Source: a virus (lineage: Duplodnaviria > Caudoviricetes). Taken from it: a stretch of 64,000 bases of DNA. Positions 46,887 to 54,815 of the stretch are shown here, piece by piece. The notes beneath the pieces were generated by a model. It saw nothing but the letters and a program-made list of their open reading frames with translations. It made no database searches and had not been told where the DNA came from. The stretch is taken from IMG/VR virus record IMGVR_UViG_3300017722_005389; one strand, written 5' to 3'. The translations under genes and the position numbers were made by a program. Within the stretch, counting starts at the first letter, position 1, and each line of letters opens with the position of its first letter.

Positions 46887-47597
46887 CACTAACTAATCGC
46901 TAACCGCAATACTCTTATATTATTAATATGAATGTAAAAGAATATTTGAAATGATAATATTTATATATAAAAGAAAAGATGAATGATTTGAGAAAGTTTA
47001 TTAAAAATATTATAAAAGAATTTTTAAATGAACAACAAATGTTAAACAGTGATGGTATATGGTATCACGGTAGTGATTTTAAAAAACCAAATTTTGATTC
47101 TGATTTTAAACCTATTTTTTTTACTAAAAGTAAAGAGTATGCTGAAGGTTATGGTAAGTTTGTTAATTCATATAAATTAAACATAAAAAATCCATTAGAT
47201 ACAAGAATAGAAAAAGATTTAATATTTTATAATGAAAAATTCATACCTTGGACTAAAGAGTATAAATACACTGAAAAAGATGGTAGATATAATACATTAG
47301 ATAAAGGATTGGCTGTTCCTATGATAACAGCAAATTTATTGTATCTGTTTTTACGAAAATCAAAAAGAGAAGGATTAAATCATAATTATGATGGTGTTAT
47401 TGTTGATGAATCGGGATTTGAATTTGATAACGAGTTGGCAAAATATTCTTTATTTCCTTTGTCATTCACACAAATTTTAAATATATGAAAAAAGTAGAAA
47501 TGGTAAAAACAATTGAGTTCAAAGAACTAATTGAACAATTAAAATTGTTTAAGAGTGACTTCTATCAAAGTTCAATTGATTACTTTATTAACTCAAA
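46684..47597 (+). repeat. Exact 76-bp direct repeat (46684-46759 and 47522-47597)
   Basis: Both copies encode ELIEQLKLFKSDFYQSSIDYFINS in the same frame of two different ORFs. Confidence 0.95.
46979..47488 (+). CDS. Leader-bearing ADP-ribosyltransferase-like (ART-PolyVal-type) protein
   Basis: MNDLRKFIKNIIKEFLNEQ leader, TATTTATA at 46958-46965; WYHGS...PIFFT..KEYAEGYG...LNIKNPLD...YDGVI. Confidence 0.6.
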   Translation: MNDLRKFIKNIIKEFLNEQQMLNSDGIWYHGSDFKKPNFDSDFKPIFFTKSKEYAEGYGKFVNSYKLNIKNPLDTRIEKDLIFYNEKFIPWTKEYKYTEKDGRYNTLDKGLAVPMITANLLYLFLRKSKREGLNHNYDGVIVDESGFEFDNELAKYSLFPLSFTQILNI

Positions 47598-48027
47598 AAA
47601 AATAAATATGGAAAACTTAAAAGTAAAATACTTAGGCGTTGTTATTGGATATACTTATGATGGGAAAAAAATAGAATTTTTAGATAATGAACATTCTAAA
47701 GAAATTCAAAAAACACTATCAGAAGGTCACACAATAGGTCTATCATCAAGACGAATGGGGACTGTTGGCGAAAATGGTTATGTTAATTATGAAAAAATAA
47801 CTGAGTACAATGTTATCAATCGTCTTGATGAAATAATTAACTCAAAACAAAAAATACAAATGATAACCGAAGAAGAATACTTAAAAGCAAAGCAGATAGT
47901 TCAAGAATATGAAAAACAATTGGATATATCTAATGTTAGTTGTAGTTATATTGATAAATTAGGTAATGATGAACTAAAACAACGTGAAATAGATAGAAAA
48001 TGGGCTAAGGATAGAAATATATTATAA
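47485..48027 (+). CDS. Multi-module chimeric ORF ending in a cassette tail
   Basis: Contains the 76-bp repeat, internal A-rich ATG leaders (MENLK, MITEEEY) and a GTT AGT junction at codon 151. Confidence 0.55.
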   Translation: MKKVEMVKTIEFKELIEQLKLFKSDFYQSSIDYFINSKKINMENLKVKYLGVVIGYTYDGKKIEFLDNEHSKEIQKTLSEGHTIGLSSRRMGTVGENGYVNYEKITEYNVINRLDEIINSKQKIQMITEEEYLKAKQIVQEYEKQLDISNVSCSYIDKLGNDELKQREIDRKWAKDRNIL

Positions 48028-48104
48028 TTACAACTAACTATCGCTAACCGCAATGCTCTTATATTACTAATATTGCTGTATAAGCCTAATAATTTCAATT
48101 AAAT

Positions 48105-48977
48105 ATGATAATATCTATCTCTGGAAAAAAACAGTCTGGTAAAGACACGATTGCTGACATTATAAAGTCACTCATATATTGCCATATTGATGGCACTGAA
48201 CTTACAGAAGAAAATTTTGAATCTATAAGACATTGTAGGATTCATAATTACAAAGTCAAAAAATTCGCAGGAAAGCTTAAAGAAGTTGCAGCAATAATGC
48301 TTGGATGTAATCCTAAAGATTTTGAATCAGAAGAATTTAAAAATAGCATCCTTGGAGAAGAATGGTGGTACTATCAAGATAATGTGAACAATAAGTTTTT
48401 AGCCCCTTATTTGACTAAGTTTAGGTCTGAATCAGAAAATAAATTGTTACTTGAAAACAATTATGCTCTTTTGATGAGAACGACTCCAAGAACATTCCTT
48501 CAGAGATTGGCAACAGATGCTGTCAGAGAAAATTTACATTCTTGTTCTTGGATAAATTCCACCTTAGCAGATTATAACCCCAAAGAATTTTGGGTTATAA
48601 CAGATACAAGATTTGAGAATGAATTAAATGCTATAAAATACAAGGAACCTAAATTTTTTAATATTAGAGTTGAAAGATTACAATCTTTTGAAGATTGGTG
48701 TAACCAATATAAAGATTATGTAACTTTTATCAAAAATTTTGAACACATGGATGATAAGATATCTTCTAATGGTTTTTGGAGTTTATTGCATACCTCTAAA
48801 GGATATTTTAAACCTAATGAAGAAACCTTTACAACTCTAATTAATAATCTCAGTCATGAAAGTGAAACTCAATTAGATCATTATAATAACCTGGATTTTT
48901 TTATTGAAAATAAAGGTTCTATTGGAGATTTAATAGATAGAGTTAAATGGTTTATGATCGAAAATAAATTACTTTAA
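48105..48977 (+). CDS. Deoxynucleoside monophosphate kinase (T4 gp1-like)
   Basis: IISISGKKQSGKDT P-loop, FAGKLKE, PRTFLQRLATD, TDTRFENE, HESE. Confidence 0.8.
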   Translation: MIISISGKKQSGKDTIADIIKSLIYCHIDGTELTEENFESIRHCRIHNYKVKKFAGKLKEVAAIMLGCNPKDFESEEFKNSILGEEWWYYQDNVNNKFLAPYLTKFRSESENKLLLENNYALLMRTTPRTFLQRLATDAVRENLHSCSWINSTLADYNPKEFWVITDTRFENELNAIKYKEPKFFNIRVERLQSFEDWCNQYKDYVTFIKNFEHMDDKISSNGFWSLLHTSKGYFKPNEETFTTLINNLSHESETQLDHYNNLDFFIENKGSIGDLIDRVKWFMIENKLL

Positions 48978-49006
48978 TTTGAAACTGTAAATAACTGTTA
49001 AGTAAT

Positions 49007-49037
49007 TTTGTTTTTTCAGATGTATTTTCTACCTTTG
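49007..49037 (+). promoter_or_regulatory. Bacteroidetes housekeeping-sigma promoter
   Basis: TTTG (49007-10) - 19 nt - TACCTTTG (49030-37). Confidence 0.7.
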
Positions 49038-49075
49038 TAGAACTATTTTATCACAAAGTAAAAATTTAATTTCTC

Positions 49076-49267
49076 ATGGAAAAAAATGTAATTGAAATCG
49101 AACTAAACAAATGGCTTTACAAAGGATGCTTTATTGAAAAATTTGAAAACTCTGCGTTCTTTGAGAATTATCAAGTTTATAAAAATAATGAAAAACAACA
49201 CATGGTCGGCATGTGCATGACTTTTGCTGAAGCCAGAAAGTTATGCGAAAAAAATGAGTGTTTTTAA
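49076..49267 (+). CDS. Early hypothetical protein
   Basis: First gene after the host-type promoter. Confidence 0.55.
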   Translation: MEKNVIEIELNKWLYKGCFIEKFENSAFFENYQVYKNNEKQHMVGMCMTFAEARKLCEKNECF

Positions 49268-49297
49268 AACTATTTAAAACTTAAAACAACTGTTTAA

Positions 49298-49525
49298 ATG
49301 CAAAATAAATTCGAAAGATATAAGCAAAATTTAGAAAAAAGAATTGAGCTTTCTAAAGAAATTTTAGAAATTACTAATTCTATAATTTTTGACTTGAAAA
49401 ATACAGAAACTGTAAACACAATAGATGTTGCAATTCAGGAATTAAAGATTGAAATCGAAAATATGCAAAACCTTTTGAATGAATTAAGAACCTTTATAAA
49501 TTATGTCGAATCAAATGAACAATGA
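49298..49525 (+). CDS. Coiled-coil hypothetical protein
   Basis: 75-aa ORF. Confidence 0.55.
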   Translation: MQNKFERYKQNLEKRIELSKEILEITNSIIFDLKNTETVNTIDVAIQELKIEIENMQNLLNELRTFINYVESNEQ

Positions 49526-49682
49526 AACAAAAACAGCTGTTGAACATCTTTTTGAAGTTTATATGGATAAAAAGCTGAAACTTACTTTAGAAGATTTTAA
49601 AATAGCTTTGGAAATTGAAAATCAACAATTTAAAAATGCTTTTCAATCAAGTTTACTTCATGAAAAGAGTAATAATGACTAA
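49515..49682 (+). CDS. TAVE-family small protein (55 aa, missed by track)
   Basis: MNNETKTAVEHLFEVYMDKK...; paralogous to the ORFs at 52554, 55546 and 55849. Confidence 0.6.
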   Translation: MNNETKTAVEHLFEVYMDKKLKLTLEDFKIALEIENQQFKNAFQSSLLHEKSNND

Positions 49683-49696
49683 AAAATGACAATTCT

Positions 49697-50080
49697 ATGA
49701 CAAAACAAGAAATTGATAATTATCTCCAATCTATTGGAGGATTAAAAAATGGCTTCAGATTGGAATCTAAGCCAATAGTAGATTCTGATTTCTTCGCAGT
49801 TAGAGAAGGATGGTTTCAGCTTATTAAAGATTTGATTGCAGATTTGATTGAACTTGGTTGGAATAAAGAAGTTTGCCAAGTAAAAGAAAAATTCGGTGGA
49901 CTCAGATTCTATATTAATGATGGAAATGATGAAATGCACGATAGAGTCCATAAAGCTGAAACAGAAAGCTGCACAATTTGTGAAATAACTGGTAAACCAG
50001 GAAAGCTTAGAACTGATATTTCATGGTATAGAACGTTATGCGATGAACAATATGAATATTTCAAGAGTAATCGGAACTAA
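49697..50080 (+). CDS. Conserved phage protein (QVKEKFGGLRFY family)
   Basis: GWFQLI...QVKEKFGGLRFY...CEITGKPG...WYRTLC. Confidence 0.65.
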   Translation: MTKQEIDNYLQSIGGLKNGFRLESKPIVDSDFFAVREGWFQLIKDLIADLIELGWNKEVCQVKEKFGGLRFYINDGNDEMHDRVHKAETESCTICEITGKPGKLRTDISWYRTLCDEQYEYFKSNRN

Positions 50081-50132
50081 TTCTTAATTATCTTTGTTCT
50101 TAAATCATTAGAACAATTTAAAATCTTCAAAG

Positions 50133-50852
50133 ATGCTAGAACATTTAAATCTCACCAATGTAATGGTGTTTGATATTGAAACGGCTTCCTCACATAAAAG
50201 TTATTCTCATATGAGCGAAACTTTTCAAAAACTTTGGGAAAGTACTATTCATAAAAGGGAAGCTAAAGACGATGAATCACCCGAAACAACTTATTTTGAA
50301 AACGCTGGATTACATGCAGAATTCTCAAAGATAGTTACAATTTCTGCAGGATTTTTTGAAAGGGTTTCTGAAGATGTTTATAATCTTCGAATGAAGTCTT
50401 TTTATTCTCATGATGAAAAAGAAATTCTTTCTAAGTTCAGTGAAATTTTGAACACCAGAACGCCTAACAAGCACTTTTTGCTTGCACATAACGGAAAACA
50501 TTTTGATGTTCCTTATCTTTGCAAAAGATTGTCAATTCATCAGATGCCAATTCCATCATTCATAGATACATATGATTTGAAACCTTGGGAATCTAAATGG
50601 ATCCTCGATTCAAAAATAATGTGGGGATTTGGAAGTGAAGCCAAAATTTCATTAAAAACTCTTTGTGGAATATTTGATATTCCAACACCCAAAGATGATA
50701 TTGAAGGTAAGGATGTAACCAGGGTTTATTGGAATGAAGAAGATGGTATCGAAAGAATTCAAACCTATTGTAAAAAAGATGTTCTTGCAACTGCGAGAGT
50801 TTTCTGTAAAATTATCCAAAGAAATATAACTATTAATCCATTAGAATTATGA
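50133..50852 (+). CDS. PolB-like DnaQ/DEDD 3'-5' exonuclease
   Basis: VFDIET (ExoI), AHNGKHFDVPYL (ExoII), YCKKDV (ExoIII). Confidence 0.85.
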   Translation: MLEHLNLTNVMVFDIETASSHKSYSHMSETFQKLWESTIHKREAKDDESPETTYFENAGLHAEFSKIVTISAGFFERVSEDVYNLRMKSFYSHDEKEILSKFSEILNTRTPNKHFLLAHNGKHFDVPYLCKRLSIHQMPIPSFIDTYDLKPWESKWILDSKIMWGFGSEAKISLKTLCGIFDIPTPKDDIEGKDVTRVYWNEEDGIERIQTYCKKDVLATARVFCKIIQRNITINPLEL

Positions 50853-51142
50853 ATCCAAATAAAGTAGATAAAATCCTTCATGAGCTTTATCGTAAAGCAT
50901 TCAAAGCCAGTACACCTTCAGGTGATTGGGATGAATTGTATGCAAATGCACCTTTAAATGAATTTAATCAAAAAGTTATTCCTTTTATGGATTATGAATG
51001 CGAACAAGAAGTTATGGAAGAAATACTTGAAACCACTTTGAAAGAATATAAAGTTCCAAAGTGGAGAAAACGTTCTTTTGAAATAACTTTCTGGCTTGGC
51101 TGTTCACCTAAAAGTAAAAAACTTAAAACTGTAGAACAATGA
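50849..51142 (+). CDS. Hypothetical phage protein
   Basis: YRKAFKASTPSGDWDEL...LGCSP. Confidence 0.6.
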   Translation: MNPNKVDKILHELYRKAFKASTPSGDWDELYANAPLNEFNQKVIPFMDYECEQEVMEEILETTLKEYKVPKWRKRSFEITFWLGCSPKSKKLKTVEQ

Positions 51143-51321
51143 ATAAAGCAATAGAAAAAATAGATGACATTCTTGTTGCAAATATTGACAACAATGAAGA
51201 TATTTTAATCATTCGTAATTTCATTAATAAGAAAAACGAGATTATTTTGAATCGTCAAGAGGCAGCTATTTTGCTTGTCGAACTTTTCAATTTCTTAAGC
51301 AAAACAAAAAACAAACCATAA
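51139..51321 (+). CDS. Hypothetical phage protein
   Basis: 60 aa, ATGA overlap. Confidence 0.5.
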   Translation: MNKAIEKIDDILVANIDNNEDILIIRNFINKKNEIILNRQEAAILLVELFNFLSKTKNKP

Positions 51322-51328
51322 TCAACTC

Positions 51329-51847
51329 ATGAGTTTTATTGTAGTAGATGTCGAAGCTGATGGAACTATACCTGGAAAGTATTCAATGGTAAATTTTGGT
51401 GCAATCATTGTTGACCCAAGTTTATCAAAAACTTTCTACGGAGAAACAAAACCTATTTCTGAAGAGTATAATCCTGAATCTTTAGCTATCTCAGGTAAAT
51501 CCAGAGAAGAACATTTATCTTTTGAAGACCCTTCAATAGTAATGCAAAAATTCTCCCTTTGGATAAAAGAAAATTCCAAAGGGAGACCTATTTTTATTTC
51601 AGATAATTTAGCTTTCGATTGGCAATATATAAACTACTATTTTCACTTCTTTACTGGAGAAAATCCTTTTGGATACTCAGGAAGAAGAATAGGTGATTTA
51701 TATTGCGGATTAGTCAAAGATACTTATGCAACATGGAAACACCTTAGAGATACCGCACACGATCATAACCCTGTTAATGATGCCAAGGCAAACGCTGAGG
51801 TTCTTTTGAAAATGAAAGAAATGGGGCTAAAAATTAATTTGAAATAA
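51329..51847 (+). CDS. DEDDh 3'-5' exo(ribo)nuclease
   Basis: VVDVEADG, NLAFDW, HDHNPVNDA. Confidence 0.8.
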   Translation: MSFIVVDVEADGTIPGKYSMVNFGAIIVDPSLSKTFYGETKPISEEYNPESLAISGKSREEHLSFEDPSIVMQKFSLWIKENSKGRPIFISDNLAFDWQYINYYFHFFTGENPFGYSGRRIGDLYCGLVKDTYATWKHLRDTAHDHNPVNDAKANAEVLLKMKEMGLKINLK

Positions 51848-51848
51848 T

Positions 51849-52088
51849 TTACTTTTTAGGAGAACCACCTATGTATGCAGCTTTACCTAACATAGAATCT
51901 ATTTCTTGAGAAATAACAACAGGATTATACCCTTTCTTGTTTATGATTGATTGTTGTGCAATTTTAGGAACCTTGCTCCACGCATCAATTAAATTATTTA
52001 ATGCCTGAATAGAAGCTTGATCTACTTCTTCTTTGATAATTTTTCTGATTAAGTTAGTGAACCCTTTTTGTGAAACTTTGTTATACAT
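51849..52088 (-). CDS. Leader-bearing small late protein
   Basis: FTNLIRKIIKEE; late motif at 52105-52112. Confidence 0.55.
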   Translation of the reverse strand: MYNKVSQKGFTNLIRKIIKEEVDQASIQALNNLIDAWSKVPKIAQQSIINKKGYNPVVISQEIDSMLGKAAYIGGSPKK

Positions 52089-52157
52089 GATATTAGATTT
52101 TTATTATAAATATCATCAAATACTATAATTATTTAACCTATTTAAAAAAATAAAACT

Positions 52158-52523
52158 ATGGAAGATCGTATTTTAATCAATAATGTTTGGTATGTAAGAG
52201 AAGACTTAATTGAGGATGTAATTGAAGACATTCATACAACGGATTTTCTTGGAAGTATTTATGAAACCGAAAATTATTCTTGGGAAGCCACAAGACTTTT
52301 TAAGGATGATTTAGAAAATTTTTATGATGATTTTCATATTGAATTTATTAATAAGTCATTAAAAAAACAAGAGCCTGAAATTTGGGATTCAATGACATGG
52401 ATAGAAGGTGTTTATAATAATGATCCTGGTAGTATGACTTATGTAAAAGAAGTTATGAATGAAAATGGATTGTTACATTTCAAAGCATTCTTGAAAGAAT
52501 TGAAAAAAAGAGGATGGTTCTAA
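52158..52523 (+). CDS. Hypothetical phage protein
   Basis: 121-aa ORF. Confidence 0.6.
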   Translation: MEDRILINNVWYVREDLIEDVIEDIHTTDFLGSIYETENYSWEATRLFKDDLENFYDDFHIEFINKSLKKQEPEIWDSMTWIEGVYNNDPGSMTYVKEVMNENGLLHFKAFLKELKKRGWF

Positions 52524-52553
52524 AACATTATTTATAAATAAAAATAACTTCCT

Positions 52554-52778
52554 ATGGAAAATGAACAGACTGCTTTGGAGTGGTTACAAGAAATATTATA
52601 TCAGCATCTCTCACATGAACAAATGAGTCAATTTGAGGGATTGTTTATTCAAGCTTTAGCAATAGAACGATTTCAAATTGAAAAAGCTGCCATTTGGATG
52701 CCAGATCATTTTGGAACAGAATTTATTCCAGAATTAGGAAGACAATATTATGAAAAAAAATATAGAAAAAATAATTAA
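52554..52778 (+). CDS. TAVE-family small protein
   Basis: MENEQTALEWL...QALAIERFQIEKA. Confidence 0.6.
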   Translation: MENEQTALEWLQEILYQHLSHEQMSQFEGLFIQALAIERFQIEKAAIWMPDHFGTEFIPELGRQYYEKKYRKNN

Positions 52779-52786
52779 AAATAGTT

Positions 52787-52889
52787 TCTCATGTGGCGGA
52801 AAGGTGTAGACGCAAGATCGTAGGTAGCATCGTTCACAGCCAGCCTTAAACGTGGTGAACATAACAAGTTCGAATCTTGTTCTTGAGAT
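52787..52889 (+). tRNA. tRNA-like RNA with canonical D- and T-arms but non-canonical core (identity unassignable)
   Basis: TCTCATG/CTTGAGA acceptor (one mismatch), TG, GCG-GAAAGGTGTAGA-CGC D-arm, AACAAG-TTCGAAT-CTTGTT T-arm; followed by a terminator; no encoded CCA. Confidence 0.5.
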
Positions 52890-52892
52890 AAC

Positions 52893-52927
52893 AAAAAAAT
52901 CCACATTTAAAAGTGTGGATTTTTTTT
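52893..52927 (+). terminator. Intrinsic terminator after the tRNA-like gene
   Basis: AAAAAAATCCACAT-TTAAAA-GTGTGGATTTTTTT. Confidence 0.8.
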
Positions 52928-52997
52928 ATTTATAAATAGTAAGAAACAACTTAAAGTAAAAAACTTCTAACTTCTTACACTATTTATACATAAAAAG

Positions 52998-54359
52998 ATG
53001 CAAAAAATAATTCTCACAGAAAATCAATATAATTTTCTTTTGAATGAATCTGAAGCATATCCTTTCAGTGTTTATAAAGAAGGTGAAAGCTATATTTACT
53101 CATTTACTATCAGTGACGATAAGTTAGGAGATATTGAATATCTTTGCTCAATATATCCAAATCCTTGGCAAAAATATTATTACGATTTTGCATTCATCAC
53201 TAAGAAAGGTCAATCTACAAAAGAAAGAGTAGGTGGAGATTTAGAATTCATGAATAGTGTTCTAAAAACTATTGCTGAATGTATTATAGATTTCATTAGA
53301 AGAAAAGATATCGTAAAAATAATAGCATTTGAAGGGGATAGAATCAGGGAAAAAGCCTATTCAAGATTCTTCAAAAGACATCCATATTTTTCACAGTTTG
53401 AAATCGATGATACTTACACTAAAAGTGGTTTTGTTGAAATTCATGTAAACAAAGGAATAGAAACTATCGAAGAAAAATGGAGTCAGAAATATAAGAATTC
53501 TATTGACTGTAATAATCCAAAAGGATTTTCTCAAAAAGCCCATTGTCAAGGAAAGAAAAATAAATTCCTCAACGAAACTTATAAATTAACTTTTCAAGAT
53601 AAACAAGATATTGAAAAAGATATTCGTGATGAATATAATGGGTATTTAAAAGATATAACCAACAGAAATAAAGAAACAAAAATGTGGAGGACCATAATTG
53701 ATAATGTAAAAGGAAAATTTAGTGAAGATGACTATAATACTTTTTTGGATAGTTTTGGTCTTATTGCAAGACGAGAAATAGAATCTCCAATGAGATATAA
53801 TGAATTTTATTCAAAAAATAAAAAATCTATGACTGAAAAATTCATAAATAGAAAGAAGAGAGATGCTCCAACAACCTTTAATTATCCAATGAAAGCTGTT
53901 ATTGAGGATATTGATGAATACTATCAAAATATTTCTAAAGAAGAATTAAGTTCAATAAAGAAGTTTTTAAGAATTGTTGCTATAAGAATTGCAAGTGGAG
54001 CAGGTGAATCTATTGATAGAAAATTGGTTAGGAATGCTTTTTTCAACACTCCAACATCATTCCAAAAAATGTTTTCAGAAAAACCAAATAGTTATCTCTG
54101 GAGAGGAGATTATTCGCATCCTTCAGATGAGGATTATGATAAAGAAGACAAAGACTATTTATCTATGCAAAGCTTTAGCATTTACAAAAATATAGCTCAA
54201 AGTTTTGGTAGCCATTTTTCGGCTTCAAATATAAAATCATATGGTGGTTCATTCTCAGTACCAAAATTTTTAGAGTATGGTAATTCACCTATAATAGGAA
54301 GTACTGCCCTTGCAGATGATGAAGGTGAGGTGATGTTTTTTGATGTAGAATATAAATAA
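52998..54359 (+). CDS. Leader-bearing multi-module protein with C-terminal R-S-E ADP-ribosyltransferase-like domain
   Basis: MQKIILTENQYNFLLNE leader, TATTTATA at 52981-52988; EKWSQKYKNSIDCNNPKGFSQKAHCQG module; YLWRG...MQSFS...DEGEV. Confidence 0.55.
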   Translation: MQKIILTENQYNFLLNESEAYPFSVYKEGESYIYSFTISDDKLGDIEYLCSIYPNPWQKYYYDFAFITKKGQSTKERVGGDLEFMNSVLKTIAECIIDFIRRKDIVKIIAFEGDRIREKAYSRFFKRHPYFSQFEIDDTYTKSGFVEIHVNKGIETIEEKWSQKYKNSIDCNNPKGFSQKAHCQGKKNKFLNETYKLTFQDKQDIEKDIRDEYNGYLKDITNRNKETKMWRTIIDNVKGKFSEDDYNTFLDSFGLIARREIESPMRYNEFYSKNKKSMTEKFINRKKRDAPTTFNYPMKAVIEDIDEYYQNISKEELSSIKKFLRIVAIRIASGAGESIDRKLVRNAFFNTPTSFQKMFSEKPNSYLWRGDYSHPSDEDYDKEDKDYLSMQSFSIYKNIAQSFGSHFSASNIKSYGGSFSVPKFLEYGNSPIIGSTALADDEGEVMFFDVEYK

Positions 54360-54406
54360 AATGGATGCTGTAAACTGAATAGATTAAGTTGGCAAATAAA
54401 TATTTT

Positions 54407-54450
54407 AAAAAAATCCTTAGAAAATAATATATTTCTAAGGATTTTTTTTT
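54407..54450 (+). terminator. Intrinsic terminator
   Basis: AAAAAAATCCTTAGAAA/TTTCTAAGGATTTTTTT, abutting a TATCTTTG promoter box at 54451-54458. Confidence 0.75.
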
Positions 54451-54487
54451 TATCTTTGTTGAAATTTATCTTTTTAACCAAAATTTT

Positions 54488-54814
54488 ATGGACTTACTAT
54501 CAATAACAAAAATTTTAGCAAAGAACAATATTCCAACATCTATTCACTATAATTTTGAAAAGGATCAATTCTATATCGATTTAGATACAAGAGCAAAAAG
54601 TGAGCTTCATTTGTATGAAGATGGCGTACTTAGAGGCAGATATTCTTATGAAACCAATCTTAATTTTGAAGATGAAGTTAGTGATTTAATTAGAACTTTA
54701 TGTGTAGAATTCTCCAGAGCGTTATATGGAAGAGATTACTATAACCAAGCCTGGGCTGATTTATGTGAAAAAAATGATGTTCCTTTGAATATTTCTGAGT
54801 ATTATAGACAATAA
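54488..54814 (+). CDS. Early hypothetical protein
   Basis: Follows the TATCTTTG box. Confidence 0.6.
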   Translation: MDLLSITKILAKNNIPTSIHYNFEKDQFYIDLDTRAKSELHLYEDGVLRGRYSYETNLNFEDEVSDLIRTLCVEFSRALYGRDYYNQAWADLCEKNDVPLNISEYYRQ

Positions 54815-54815
54815 A

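Larger units (their letters stand above)
45850..48075 (+). mobile_element. Integron attC-like gene-cassette array (no integrase in window; CALIN-like)
   Basis: R'-like GTTAG boxes at 45866, 46355, 46770 (ATTAG) and 47935; R''-like TAAC boxes ending 46154, 46461, 46893 and 48038; cassette ends are complementary; one complete imperfect palindrome 46148-46361. Confidence 0.65.

Noticed and set aside
47812-47867. GTTATCA/TGATAAC pair as an extra cassette
   Set aside because: Only a 7-bp match in AT-rich DNA; the second half is simply the ATG ATA ACC start of a module and no stop lies at the box.
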